In this document: positions 46,881 through 55,745 of the stretch, piece by piece
How positions within the stretch are numbered: the first letter of the stretch is position 1
How the letters are laid out: each line of letters begins with the position of its first letter
IMG/VR virus record: IMGVR_UViG_3300033072_000326
Coordinates: 24,043 to 88,042 of that record
From: a virus
Lineage: Duplodnaviria > Caudoviricetes
Length of the DNA stretch: 64,000 nucleotides
Reading direction: 5' to 3' (one strand)
The notes under the pieces: generated by a model
The model's database searches: none
Seen by the model: the letters and a program-made list of their open reading frames with translations, nothing else
Told to the model about the DNA's origin: nothing
Translations under genes and position numbers: made by a program

Positions 46881-47248
46881 GTGTAACAATTACGTTTTAC
46901 AGCACAAAAGAAAAACTGCCACAACACGGTCAAGAAATCATCTATCTTCGTCGCGTTAGCTGCTTTGACCAATATGGTTTTGAACCAACCACAGAGCAAG
47001 TTGTGTATACATGGATTGGTATTGATGAGGATGGTGAGTGGGACGGCAATGGTGCTGGCTACTACCCTGACACAGAGGGTGGATACAAGATTGGAGACAC
47101 CCTTAAAGTGACTGATTCTGATGGAGAATGTATCTGGAAGCTTGTAATGGAAGTTGATGGCTATGTATTCGATGGGAAGAAGGATTCGTTCCTGTGGGTT
47201 GACCTAGAAACGTATTGGTCTTGTTTTGAGAAGGAGCTAACCTCATGA
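46877..47248 (+). CDS. Hypothetical protein
   Basis: Start at 46877 after AGGAG. Confidence 0.65.
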   Translation: MSVTITFYSTKEKLPQHGQEIIYLRRVSCFDQYGFEPTTEQVVYTWIGIDEDGEWDGNGAGYYPDTEGGYKIGDTLKVTDSDGECIWKLVMEVDGYVFDGKKDSFLWVDLETYWSCFEKELTS

Positions 47249-47508
47249 GTGTAGAACGAGAAACAAATGAACATCTGTTCGATATGTTAGCTAACATCAA
47301 TTCAGATTTCTATGCAGAGAATAAGGGAGCAGGCCATGTTTCTTGGCAGCCCTCTTGCTTTGTCATGAATAATATGCTAGCATTAGATTATTGGGACATG
47401 AAGAGAGCTGACACAATGTCTCTTGTACATGAAGAATTCTTTGACATTTTGTTCGATGCTGTAGCAGAATGTGATGAGTTGTTATTCGACATGTGTTCTA
47501 GACAATAG
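47245..47508 (+). CDS. Hypothetical protein
   Basis: SD AGGAG; coupled. Confidence 0.55.
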   Translation: MSVERETNEHLFDMLANINSDFYAENKGAGHVSWQPSCFVMNNMLALDYWDMKRADTMSLVHEEFFDILFDAVAECDELLFDMCSRQ

Positions 47509-47517
47509 GGGAACAGA

Positions 47518-47859
47518 GTGAAAGAGCAAGATTGGATTGATGCAGGTTATAAGAAATACAGTTGCAAACACTGGAAAGAATACGCAGACTACGCACTACA
47601 GAAGATTGTGTATGACGAAGAAGAAAATAAAGCCTATTTCATCAACGTCTTTGCGTATGACTGGACAAAAGCAGAGTGGGCGACACGAGGGATGGCTGAT
47701 CGAGGCGTTACATTCTCTTACGAAGTGTGCTTGTTTACACAAGAAGAGAAAGAGTTTCGTGTCTCTGGCGAAGTGGAGGGTAGTGTTGAAGAGCTTGAAA
47801 AGTGGATTGCACGTCTGTATTCCACATTGAATTGTATTCCTGACGTGCATAACAATTAA
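47518..47859 (+). CDS. Hypothetical protein
   Basis: GTG start after GGGG. Confidence 0.6.
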   Translation: MKEQDWIDAGYKKYSCKHWKEYADYALQKIVYDEEENKAYFINVFAYDWTKAEWATRGMADRGVTFSYEVCLFTQEEKEFRVSGEVEGSVEELEKWIARLYSTLNCIPDVHNN

Positions 47860-47869
47860 GGAGAAATAA

Positions 47870-48214
47870 ATGCTTTCTAATCAACTGGGTAGTATGCGTG
47901 TAATGCATTTGAATTTCATTAGACGTTATGCTCCCCAGATTATCTCTGGTGAATTAAAACTTACGTTCTATAATGGCAACCCTTTTCTTATCAACCCGCT
48001 GAATAACGGTGTCTACGATTTTGAATGGTATAACCCGAATGAAGAGAATGGTGATAATGAACCTAATTACACTGCAATAGTAAATGATCTTGTAATTAAA
48101 TGTGAGATGTTTAAATGGTGGGTAGAGCCACAAAATATAATCACCCATGAGTTATTTGAAAATGAAGTGAATGACTTTATGTACGCTTTTTGGGAAGAGA
48201 ATAAGCCAGATTAA
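47870..48214 (+). CDS. Hypothetical protein
   Basis: SD AGGAG. Confidence 0.6.
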   Translation: MLSNQLGSMRVMHLNFIRRYAPQIISGELKLTFYNGNPFLINPLNNGVYDFEWYNPNEENGDNEPNYTAIVNDLVIKCEMFKWWVEPQNIITHELFENEVNDFMYAFWEENKPD

Positions 48215-48303
48215 AAGCTATTTTAATAGTCCTCCCCGCCTATTAAAACAAAGCCCCGTCCTTTTAAATAAGGCGGGGTATTCGCATTAAAGAAAGGTAT
48301 TAT

Positions 48304-49416
48304 ATGGAGAAAAAGTTTTACACAAAAGAAGAGGCTTTGAAGTTAATTAACTACGACTACAAAGTGAATAAAAATTCTAAAGATTTAACAGGATACAAGC
48401 ACGAGCAAATAACTGTACTTGGAAGATCGCACAAAGATAGTCAAAAACATTGGTTTGTATGGGTTGAGTGTTCTTGTGGTAATTGTTTCCAAATGCGCGT
48501 ATCTTCTTTGAAAACAACACAAAGTTGCGGGTGTATGAAAGGCCACTATCACAGGCTGAATAGGAAACCTAAAGAAAAAGTATATGATAATTTGACATAC
48601 AAAGATGCTCAATTCGGTATTCTTAAAATGTCCGGCGAATATGAAGTAACCTATAAGTATTCAGAAGAAGGTTTGCGTTTATATGAATGTAATTGTGTTA
48701 TTTGTGATAGTAAATACAAGTTAAGTTTGTCAAATATAAAAGCAGGTTTCTCGCAAAAGTGTGAATGTTGGAAAGAATATGCTGTTGATTGGATTAAATC
48801 TAGTCCGGCAAATAGTCAGCACCATTTGTACGGTACATTTGCAGCGATGCGCTCACGTTGTTATAATAAGAAAAACAAAAATTATGTTCGTTACGGCGGC
48901 GTCGGTGTGACGGTTTGTGGTGAGTGGGAAAAGTCTAATAAGGGCTTTGCAAAGTTCTTAGAAGACATGCTCCCATCTTGGAAACCTGACCTGTCTCTAC
49001 ACAGGATTGACAATATACCTCTTTACTCTAAAGACACTTGTGTATGGGAGACAAACAGTGTGCAGGGGCATGTGCAGAAAAAGCGAGAACTTAAAAACAG
49101 GGAGATGACCTCGGTGTTCTTAGGTGTTTCTAAAGTCACCAACTCTCCCCTCTATACTGCACAGGTATCGAGACATGGTGAAACCGTATTAGCTGGGCAC
49201 CACAAGTCGGAGCTGGCAGCTGCCCTTGCTTATGATATACTCGCTACCAACCTGTATGGAGAGCACGCCAACGTGAATGGGGAGGAGCAATGGGAGGCAT
49301 ATAAAAAGAAGGTGGGTGAAGAAAGGGCAAAGGCTGAAATGAATGCCTTGATTGGTATGTCAAAAGAGCAACGTAAGAATTATGTGTGGCAAGACTCGAC
49401 CGACTCTTCCAGCTAA
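48304..49416 (+). CDS. Free-standing HNH-like/AP2 homing endonuclease with duplicated Cys module
   Basis: ECSCG..SCGC and ECNC..KCEC, M.SRCYN.....Y..YGG.G..VC.EW, SL.RIDN...YS...C.W, AP2 tail. Confidence 0.85.
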   Translation: MEKKFYTKEEALKLINYDYKVNKNSKDLTGYKHEQITVLGRSHKDSQKHWFVWVECSCGNCFQMRVSSLKTTQSCGCMKGHYHRLNRKPKEKVYDNLTYKDAQFGILKMSGEYEVTYKYSEEGLRLYECNCVICDSKYKLSLSNIKAGFSQKCECWKEYAVDWIKSSPANSQHHLYGTFAAMRSRCYNKKNKNYVRYGGVGVTVCGEWEKSNKGFAKFLEDMLPSWKPDLSLHRIDNIPLYSKDTCVWETNSVQGHVQKKRELKNREMTSVFLGVSKVTNSPLYTAQVSRHGETVLAGHHKSELAAALAYDILATNLYGEHANVNGEEQWEAYKKKVGEERAKAEMNALIGMSKEQRKNYVWQDSTDSSS

Positions 49417-49729
49417 GACATTGGCGCTGTTTCTGTGTACAGAGCGGCGCTACTTTCTTTTCTTCTACCCTGAACATCTTTTTGTGTTTTCCTGCTAGGA
49501 GCAGAGCTTTCTGTTTTCCAATAGGGCTGGTGATGTTTTTACAAAACTACTCGACCGAGTTTGTTTCTTGAATGGCTGAACAGGTATACAGAAAATCGCC
49601 GGAGGTCTCGGGTCGATCTTTCCTATAAAACCCTGACTGTGTTTTTACGTTTTTGTACAGAGAATTAGAATTCTGTAATTATATTGGCGTATATAATGTA
49701 TTTAAATAAAATACAAAAATACAGATTTT

Positions 49730-49910
49730 CAGCCAGAATTCCGCACAGTGGAAAGCTGTTCCGACAAGCGGAACAAGGCCATGCCGCACCCGCTGGCGTT
49801 TCGCCAGATGAAATACAGTTCCGCATAGTGGGACAATATAGTCCCCGCACAATGCGCCGTTCCGCATTGTGAAACCCTATTCTGTACAGCGGCACAATAT
49901 GCCGTCACAA
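49730..49910. repeat. Hairpin and direct-repeat cluster in non-coding DNA
   Basis: Several TTCCGCA-type repeats and five short hairpins. Confidence 0.6.
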
Positions 49911-50132
49911 CATACGCTTATAAATCCACAACAATTCCATTTAAAATATTACATAAACGACAGGCGCGCATCACCCTGCTCGGGTCAGCATCGCAAGTGA
50001 AATATAGCACAGGTAAAGGGTAGATACAAGCTTTATTTTGCTTTTATTTTCTTGACGTATAAGACAAAGTGTGCTATTTGCGTGTGCGCGCTCCTATACA
50101 CATGGCACACAAAAATAATTTGCTTTCCTGTC

Positions 50133-50161
50133 TTGACATAGGCGTCAGCCTGTCCGATAAT
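50133..50161 (+). promoter_or_regulatory. Early sigma70 promoter
   Basis: AAAATAATT UP-like tract, TTGACA-17-GATAAT. Confidence 0.7.
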
Positions 50162-50196
50162 CAAAACATACAAACAAGCCAGACAAAGGATTTGTC

Positions 50197-50778
50197 GTGA
50201 ACCTGTTCATCCTAGATTTTGACCCAATTCGCGCTGCCGAATTTTCTTTTGATTCTCACACAATCAAGATGTGTCTAGAAGGTATGCAAATGCTTTGCAC
50301 AAATGCACGTCTGCTGGGTTTTGAACACGACAGTATGATTAAAAGCACGCACACAAATCACCCAAGCACAATTTGGGGTCGCACATCCTCGCATAACTTT
50401 GCTTGGCTTGTAACGAATACAGGCGCTTTGTTTGCAGAATATACAAAACGTTACGGTAAACGCCATGCCATGCAAAATGCTTATGAATCGCTGATTCCCT
50501 TGTTTGACCAGTGTTGTGACACACTAGAATCACAAGGTAAAATTGATATGACACCTTTTGCACTGGCAATGCCCGAAGCTTGCAAACTGGCTTGTCCAGT
50601 GGCAAGCTATCGCAAGTATTACGCACACAAGGCAAAGCAAGAATGCGACAAGCTGGCAGTTTATAATGTGCTGGTAAAACGTGGCTGCAATCCGCGTAAG
50701 CCGGCCTTACGTTTTGTCTGGCAACGTGGGGCAAGGCCAGAATGGGCTGTATTCCCCACGGCACAACATACAAAATAA
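50197..50778 (+). CDS. Pyrimidine-dimer DNA glycosylase-like protein (DenV-related family)
   Basis: MN.F.LD.DP..AA....D.H..KM..E..QML, TH.NHPST.W, F..AMP, ..YR.YY. Confidence 0.7.
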   Translation: MNLFILDFDPIRAAEFSFDSHTIKMCLEGMQMLCTNARLLGFEHDSMIKSTHTNHPSTIWGRTSSHNFAWLVTNTGALFAEYTKRYGKRHAMQNAYESLIPLFDQCCDTLESQGKIDMTPFALAMPEACKLACPVASYRKYYAHKAKQECDKLAVYNVLVKRGCNPRKPALRFVWQRGARPEWAVFPTAQHTK

Positions 50779-50781
50779 TTC

Positions 50782-50810
50782 TTGACAGGCATCAGAGTGT
50801 ATGCGACAAT
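50782..50810 (+). promoter_or_regulatory. Early sigma70 promoter
   Basis: AAAATAATT UP-like tract, TTGACA-17-GACAAT. Confidence 0.65.
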
Positions 50811-50846
50811 GCCTTATCAAAACAGCAAACAACAGGACGTCACATT

Positions 50847-51107
50847 ATGTTTTTCAATGGCGAAAAGATTACACAAGAATCAATCATTGCTACCCGTCAA
50901 CACTTTGCAGACATTTATCAAGCTTGCATCAATGGCGCTTTGGATGGTACGGAACCACCTGCAAGCCACGTTAATATTGCGGAGTATGTTGCACAACATG
51001 AAGAGAATATCCGCGCCATGCTTGCCGGTGAAAGACAAAACAATTTTACCTTCATGCAACGGGCTTATTGGATTCAGACAGGCAAATGTATTGCCTTGTT
51101 GCCTTAA
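50847..51107 (+). CDS. Early hypothetical protein
   Basis: Start at 50847 after AGGA. Confidence 0.6.
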   Translation: MFFNGEKITQESIIATRQHFADIYQACINGALDGTEPPASHVNIAEYVAQHEENIRAMLAGERQNNFTFMQRAYWIQTGKCIALLP

Positions 51108-51121
51108 AAGGACGTTACATT

Positions 51122-51325
51122 ATGAAAGCACTTAAATACACCTATCTACTGGTATTGCAAGGCAATTATGGTTATGGTTGGGAAGATTTGACCGCCGAAG
51201 ATAAAAACAGTGGTAAAAACGAGTATGGTACACCGTGGCAACGCATCAAAGCAAACAAGAAAGACTATCAAGAAAATGAAGGCGGTGTATATCGCATTAT
51301 TGAACGTCGGGAATTGAACAAATGA
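51122..51325 (+). CDS. Early hypothetical protein
   Basis: Start at 51122 after AGGA; LQGNYGYGWED motif. Confidence 0.6.
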   Translation: MKALKYTYLLVLQGNYGYGWEDLTAEDKNSGKNEYGTPWQRIKANKKDYQENEGGVYRIIERRELNK

Positions 51326-51498
51326 AATACATTCTTGTTTTCTTAGTTGGCCTTGTTTGTGGCGTGGCTTTCTTGTTGCAAACACAAAATGCCGCCTATC
51401 AAATTGAAGCAGATTGTCTGAACGCTGCACAACATAATGGCACGCTTACAAAGCAGTCATGCAAACAAGAATCGGCGTGGCTTGAAAAGATAACGTGA
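51322..51498 (+). CDS. Small secreted/membrane protein (58 aa, not in track)
   Basis: ATGA overlap with previous stop; hydrophobic N-terminus. Confidence 0.5.
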   Translation: MKYILVFLVGLVCGVAFLLQTQNAAYQIEADCLNAAQHNGTLTKQSCKQESAWLEKIT

Positions 51499-51505
51499 AA
51501 ACTAG

Positions 51506-51534
51506 TTGACAAGCTAGCATCCATACCCTAGAAT
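51506..51534 (+). promoter_or_regulatory. Early sigma70 promoter
   Basis: TTGACA-17-TAGAAT. Confidence 0.7.
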
Positions 51535-51572
51535 ACAAACATCAAACAACGTAACAAACAAAGGAAACACAA

Positions 51573-51803
51573 ATGCAAATTCATTTCCCTACCCGTCAAG
51601 CAGCCCGTCAAGCATCTTTCGGTAAACTTGTAGACAATGGTGCTACGGCACAACAAGGCAAACGTTTTGGCCGTGAAGTAGCGGATAAAGCATTGATTTA
51701 TGGCATGCAACCCGCTTGGCGCTCGGAACATCGTAAAATGGTTTATTGCCAAAATAGTGGCCGCTTTATTCCTGTTTTTGTACGTGGCAAGAATAAACTG
51801 TAA
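51573..51803 (+). CDS. Early basic hypothetical protein
   Basis: SD AAGGA. Confidence 0.65.
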   Translation: MQIHFPTRQAARQASFGKLVDNGATAQQGKRFGREVADKALIYGMQPAWRSEHRKMVYCQNSGRFIPVFVRGKNKL

Positions 51804-51829
51804 AAGATAGAATTTTTATCCGTAGTGGC

Positions 51830-51858
51830 TTGTCAAAATACAGATAGGCCATTACAAT
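51830..51858 (+). promoter_or_regulatory. Early sigma70 promoter
   Basis: TTGTCA-17-TACAAT. Confidence 0.6.
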
Positions 51859-51898
51859 AAACATTCTTTCAACGTAGCAACACAAATAAGGAACTATC

Positions 51899-52243
51899 AT
51901 GTTCAAATGCCGCCAGATTGTAAAACTTGCCCAAAAAGACGACTACGAAAACGGTTGCGAAGGGGAATACATGGAAAGCGTTTTTCAATATGATATCAAA
52001 GGAACTACCCTTGAAATGCTCAAAAAGCAAATAGTCGATTTTGTTGGGTGCGATGAACAGGACATTGAAGTAAACCCTTGTGATGATGATGCAAGCCGCA
52101 TTGACGCTAGCCGAATGGAAAACGCCGACGGTGAAGAACCAACCAAATCAGAATATGAAGCATGGAAACAAGGCAATGAAACCTTGTATTATGTAACGTA
52201 CAGTTTTTATTTTGATGAAACAAAGCCAGCTAATTTTAGTTGA
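51899..52243 (+). CDS. Early acidic hypothetical protein
   Basis: SD AAGGA; D/E-rich. Confidence 0.65.
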   Translation: MFKCRQIVKLAQKDDYENGCEGEYMESVFQYDIKGTTLEMLKKQIVDFVGCDEQDIEVNPCDDDASRIDASRMENADGEEPTKSEYEAWKQGNETLYYVTYSFYFDETKPANFS

Positions 52244-52269
52244 CAATCGAAACATTCTAGATTTACAAT
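52240..52269 (+). promoter_or_regulatory. Early sigma70 promoter
   Basis: TTGACA-18-TACAAT. Confidence 0.6.
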
Positions 52270-52307
52270 AAGCTTTCTTTCATTCCAAGTAACACAAAAG
52301 GTTTATC

Positions 52308-52727
52308 ATGGCTAAAACTACTCTGAAGTCTTTCCTGTCTTTCTCTCACATTGATGCATCTATTGTTCGTGCTGTAGTGAAACAGGTAGGCGGCTGGCAA
52401 GCGTTTCAGGAAATCGCAAGCGATGTTGCCAATCATGGTGCAAATGCTGGCTGGGTTGGTTTTACTTATTACACTGACACCGTGGCTTTCACCAAGCGTC
52501 ACAAACAAGCCATTGTTGCCTTTGTAGAACAAGAAGCCGAAAGCTTTAGTGAAGATGGTATTATCAGTTTTCTAGCTGGCTTTAACTGCCTGAAAGGTGA
52601 AACACAAAACGACATAGCAGATGGCTTGCACAATCCAAAATCCGACCATCAAGATTACGTATTTAATGCCCTTGCTTGGTATTGCTTAGAAGAAGTGGCA
52701 CGTTCTTTCGATAGCTTTAACAACTAA
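52308..52727 (+). CDS. Early hypothetical protein
   Basis: SD AAGG; HGA.AG..GF.YY.DT..F motif. Confidence 0.7.
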   Translation: MAKTTLKSFLSFSHIDASIVRAVVKQVGGWQAFQEIASDVANHGANAGWVGFTYYTDTVAFTKRHKQAIVAFVEQEAESFSEDGIISFLAGFNCLKGETQNDIADGLHNPKSDHQDYVFNALAWYCLEEVARSFDSFNN

Positions 52728-52741
52728 CAGGACAATACAAA

Positions 52742-52891
52742 ATGCACACAAACAATGGCAAAATTAGTGCAAAAGAAAGCCTTGCACTGGCAAAATCAAC
52801 AAAACAACGTAAACCCTACAATCAACAAGAAAAGCAAGAAAAAGCAAACAAGGCAAAGAGGATTGATAAACGTCAATTGCTTGTTTTGTAA
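52742..52891 (+). CDS. 49-aa basic micro-protein (not in track)
   Basis: SD AGGA; preferred to the overlapping 52755 ORF. Confidence 0.45.
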   Translation: MHTNNGKISAKESLALAKSTKQRKPYNQQEKQEKANKAKRIDKRQLLVL

Positions 52892-52980
52892 GGGAAAACA
52901 CAACAAGGCATATAGGCGGCAGATTTTGCCGCTTACAACAAAACAGCCGGCAATAATTGCCGCTTAAGAATGGAATTAAC

Positions 52981-53172
52981 ATGCAAAACAATCATGTTTA
53001 TGGTGTAGTAGGTAAAGACGGAACTCATCACGACGTTAGCAGGACAGAAAGGGGTGCAAAGCAATACGCTACAAAACACGGATACACTCAAGTAAGTGTA
53101 CGTTTCAATTGTGGCTATAACGTGGCCGTAGTAGCAGAAAAGATTGACGGCAAATGGGCAAAGGCGGAATAA
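52981..53172 (+). CDS. Early hypothetical protein
   Basis: Start at 52981 after GGA. Confidence 0.6.
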   Translation: MQNNHVYGVVGKDGTHHDVSRTERGAKQYATKHGYTQVSVRFNCGYNVAVVAEKIDGKWAKAE

Positions 53173-53174
53173 TC

Positions 53175-53483
53175 ATGTATAACAAACAATTTCACGAATT
53201 GACCATTGGTAATGTATTCCGCATGAACGGTAACATCTATGTAAAAGAATCTACCCGCACGGTATGGCTTGTAGAATACAATCGTTGGGGATACATTGGA
53301 AAGCGTGAAAGTGTAGAATTATTGCTTGATAATCGTTTTACATTCCAGACAATCGGCAAACATCCTTTTGATGTTCATTCAGTTTATTTTTGTGGGGAAT
53401 TCATTGCCAGTGAACAAACCCAAATTGAAGCCATTAACAAAGCCATTGCCTTTAACGTAGAACGCATGAAAGAATATAAATAA
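53175..53483 (+). CDS. Early hypothetical protein
   Basis: Start at 53175; coupled. Confidence 0.6.
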   Translation: MYNKQFHELTIGNVFRMNGNIYVKESTRTVWLVEYNRWGYIGKRESVELLLDNRFTFQTIGKHPFDVHSVYFCGEFIASEQTQIEAINKAIAFNVERMKEYK

Positions 53484-53692
53484 TGTATAGTATTCAACGC
53501 GTAGAAAACAGCAAGCCAGCTAGATACAAAGTGATGTTCGGCTCCCTTCCGTTCAGTAGAGCCATGACAAAGCGTGATGCTCAAGAATACCTCTATGCAC
53601 TAGAAAACAACATCCCACTGGCAGGGGCTTGGAAAGGGCTGAATAGCGGTTGCCATAGTTATTACGAACATGGCCAACGCGTTAATCAGTAG
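53483..53692 (+). CDS. Early hypothetical protein
   Basis: TAATG coupling. Confidence 0.55.
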   Translation: MYSIQRVENSKPARYKVMFGSLPFSRAMTKRDAQEYLYALENNIPLAGAWKGLNSGCHSYYEHGQRVNQ

Positions 53693-53766
53693 GCAAATAA
53701 AGCTTGTATGTTAGAACAGGCTGTGACATAATGACTCATCTACACCAGACAACGAAAGACAAAGCC

Positions 53767-53925
53767 ATGAACACATATCACGTGTTTTTCAAAAATGAGT
53801 TTCAAGGCGAATACAAAGCCAGCTGCGCAAGTGTTGCGCTTGACCAGTGGGTAAGAGAGTACCAAGCTCACAACATTGGCGTAGTGTATGGCAACTGGCC
53901 TGTTGTGAAACGCGTTTCAAAATAG
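53767..53925 (+). CDS. Early hypothetical protein
   Basis: Last ORF before terminator. Confidence 0.5.
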   Translation: MNTYHVFFKNEFQGEYKASCASVALDQWVREYQAHNIGVVYGNWPVVKRVSK

Positions 53926-53942
53926 CCACCCAGAAAGCAAAG

Positions 53943-53980
53943 AAAAGCCCCGAATACCGTTAAGGTGTAAGGGGCTTTTC
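53943..53980. terminator. Terminator closing the early block
   Basis: AAAAGCCCC...GGGGCTTTT. Confidence 0.75.
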
Positions 53981-54734
53981 TAATATATGAATATGTAAAT
54001 AATATGTGTAGATGTTCTATGCATGCCAGCCTATACAGACAATTGCGGCCAATGAAATAATGGCACAAAGAATAATTGTCAAGGTGTAACATCCCTCATT
54101 TCTTGCTTTTTGTCTAGTCTGGCCTGTTTGGTCTTCATTTCTGCTGTTTTGTCATTTTGGTCTAACCAACGCCCCTCCGCTCCTGTCAAGCTTTTCAGTC
54201 TTATATAAGAGTACAATCTTCTCTCCTGTACCTTCTAAGCCACATCTGGTAAGCCTTTCACAATATCCAATTCTCTACATCCCAATTACACAATATTCAT
54301 TTCAATATAATTTGAAACAATAGAATGAACATTCCACTAGCAGGGACTGGCCAGATAGATAGCGTCAGCTGGATGTTATAGCGTTATACCTGATAGGCTA
54401 GGTTAATGACTGGTGATGGCAAGGTATGTCCGCGATAATATATTATGACCAATATACATTTAGATAGAATGAGGTAATAGTATGAAGCAATGAAAAACTG
54501 GAAAGGACAGGGGGCAAGGGATTGATAGCCTATTGATATTTCAGGCGCTTAGACGATAGTGAAGGCGGGGGTGGGTCACTGCTTGACATCGCTTACGATA
54601 GATGCTCAATTCTCCATGTTGTACAAACGCTACTCGCAATAGATACCTATGATATTTACCCTCTATAGATTTCTAGACGACTCCAATGGACAGATATTTC
54701 TATAAAATTTTTCTAAAATTCACGTCAGAATATA

Positions 54735-54763
54735 TTGACAAATTTTTCAAAATGTATTATAGT
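54735..54763 (+). promoter_or_regulatory. Sigma70-like promoter
   Basis: TTGACA-17-TATAGT. Confidence 0.65.
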
Positions 54764-54791
54764 GATATTTTACAAATAGGAGGGTAGAGGT

Positions 54792-55040
54792 ATGAAGGGC
54801 TGCAAAACAAGGATATACAAGAGAGGACGTTTGTGGTATGCACATACAGAATTTGTACAAGGTGTATTTGATATGGAAACATGTGTCATAGCCGTAGGAG
54901 AGACGCCAGATCAGGCTTACAATGAATGGGAACGTCTAGTTGGGAGACGTATGGAGAATAGGAAGGAGGGTGCTTATGTGTGGTTGTGGCTTATTGTTCC
55001 ATCCCTCATAGCTGGCGTTCTTGTCTGGGTATTCGGGTAA
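54792..55040 (+). CDS. Hypothetical protein with C-terminal TM
   Basis: SD GGAGG; own promoter and terminator. Confidence 0.6.
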   Translation: MKGCKTRIYKRGRLWYAHTEFVQGVFDMETCVIAVGETPDQAYNEWERLVGRRMENRKEGAYVWLWLIVPSLIAGVLVWVFG

Positions 55041-55058
55041 GACTAACAAATAGAAAAT

Positions 55059-55078
55059 GCCCTCCGTAATTGGAGGGC
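55059..55078. terminator. Bidirectional terminator at convergent junction
   Basis: GCCCTCC-GTAATT-GGAGGGC flanked by AAAA and TTT. Confidence 0.8.
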
Positions 55079-55094
55079 TTTCTTACGTCATGTC

Positions 55095-55364
55095 TCAAAC
55101 TAGTTGTTCGATTTTACTGCCTTCTTTTATCGACTCCCTAATCCATTCAGCACTTGAATGTGGTCGTTGACGACGATTATGTATTTCAGCTTTCCATTCT
55201 TTAACGCTAGATATTTGTTTCCACATCTCATACGCCAACAGAGGCGTATCTCCATAAGCTTCCCATTTGTCAGTAGAGCATTTGTAATACGCCTTCCCAT
55301 CTAGCAACCGATAGTGTTTTGTAATGTGTGGTTTGTCTAAAGACTGTCTGCTGTCTTTCTTCAT
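55095..55364 (-). CDS. Hypothetical protein
   Basis: SD GGAG; coupled. Confidence 0.55.
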   Translation of the reverse strand: MKKDSRQSLDKPHITKHYRLLDGKAYYKCSTDKWEAYGDTPLLAYEMWKQISSVKEWKAEIHNRRQRPHSSAEWIRESIKEGSKIEQLV

Positions 55365-55576
55365 TTCAAATACTCCTCTCTCAAAGAACTCAACACTACA
55401 CTACTCCATCTAGCTTTCCGTTCCTCTTTATACCATCGCTCATAAGCTTCTTCTTTTGTAAATCCATTAGCTGTCAATGTTGAGGGAAGCAACCCAATAA
55501 CAGACTCACCAGAGCATTGCCACCAACCATGTCTAATTTTCCTAATATGTGGCTTATTACCAGAAACCTTATTCAT
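55361..55576 (-). CDS. Hypothetical protein
   Basis: KPHIRK..G.W.C motif, similar to its neighbour. Confidence 0.55.
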   Translation of the reverse strand: MNKVSGNKPHIRKIRHGWWQCSGESVIGLLPSTLTANGFTKEEAYERWYKEERKARWSSVVLSSLREEYLK

Positions 55577-55745
55577 TTCCAGTCATCCTCCATTAGCATT
55601 CGATATATTTCATCCAGTTTACGTATCTCCTCCTTTATCTCTTCTCTTATTTCCTTCACCTCTACCAATGATTTCTCAAGTTGGGTGATAACACCCTCCT
55701 CACTTGTGTCTGGGAACATCAAGGTTTTAATACTATTCCACATAT

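Noticed and set aside
52755-52967. 70-aa ORF from the track
   Set aside because: The overlapping frame from ATG 52742 has the better-placed SD and fits the operon
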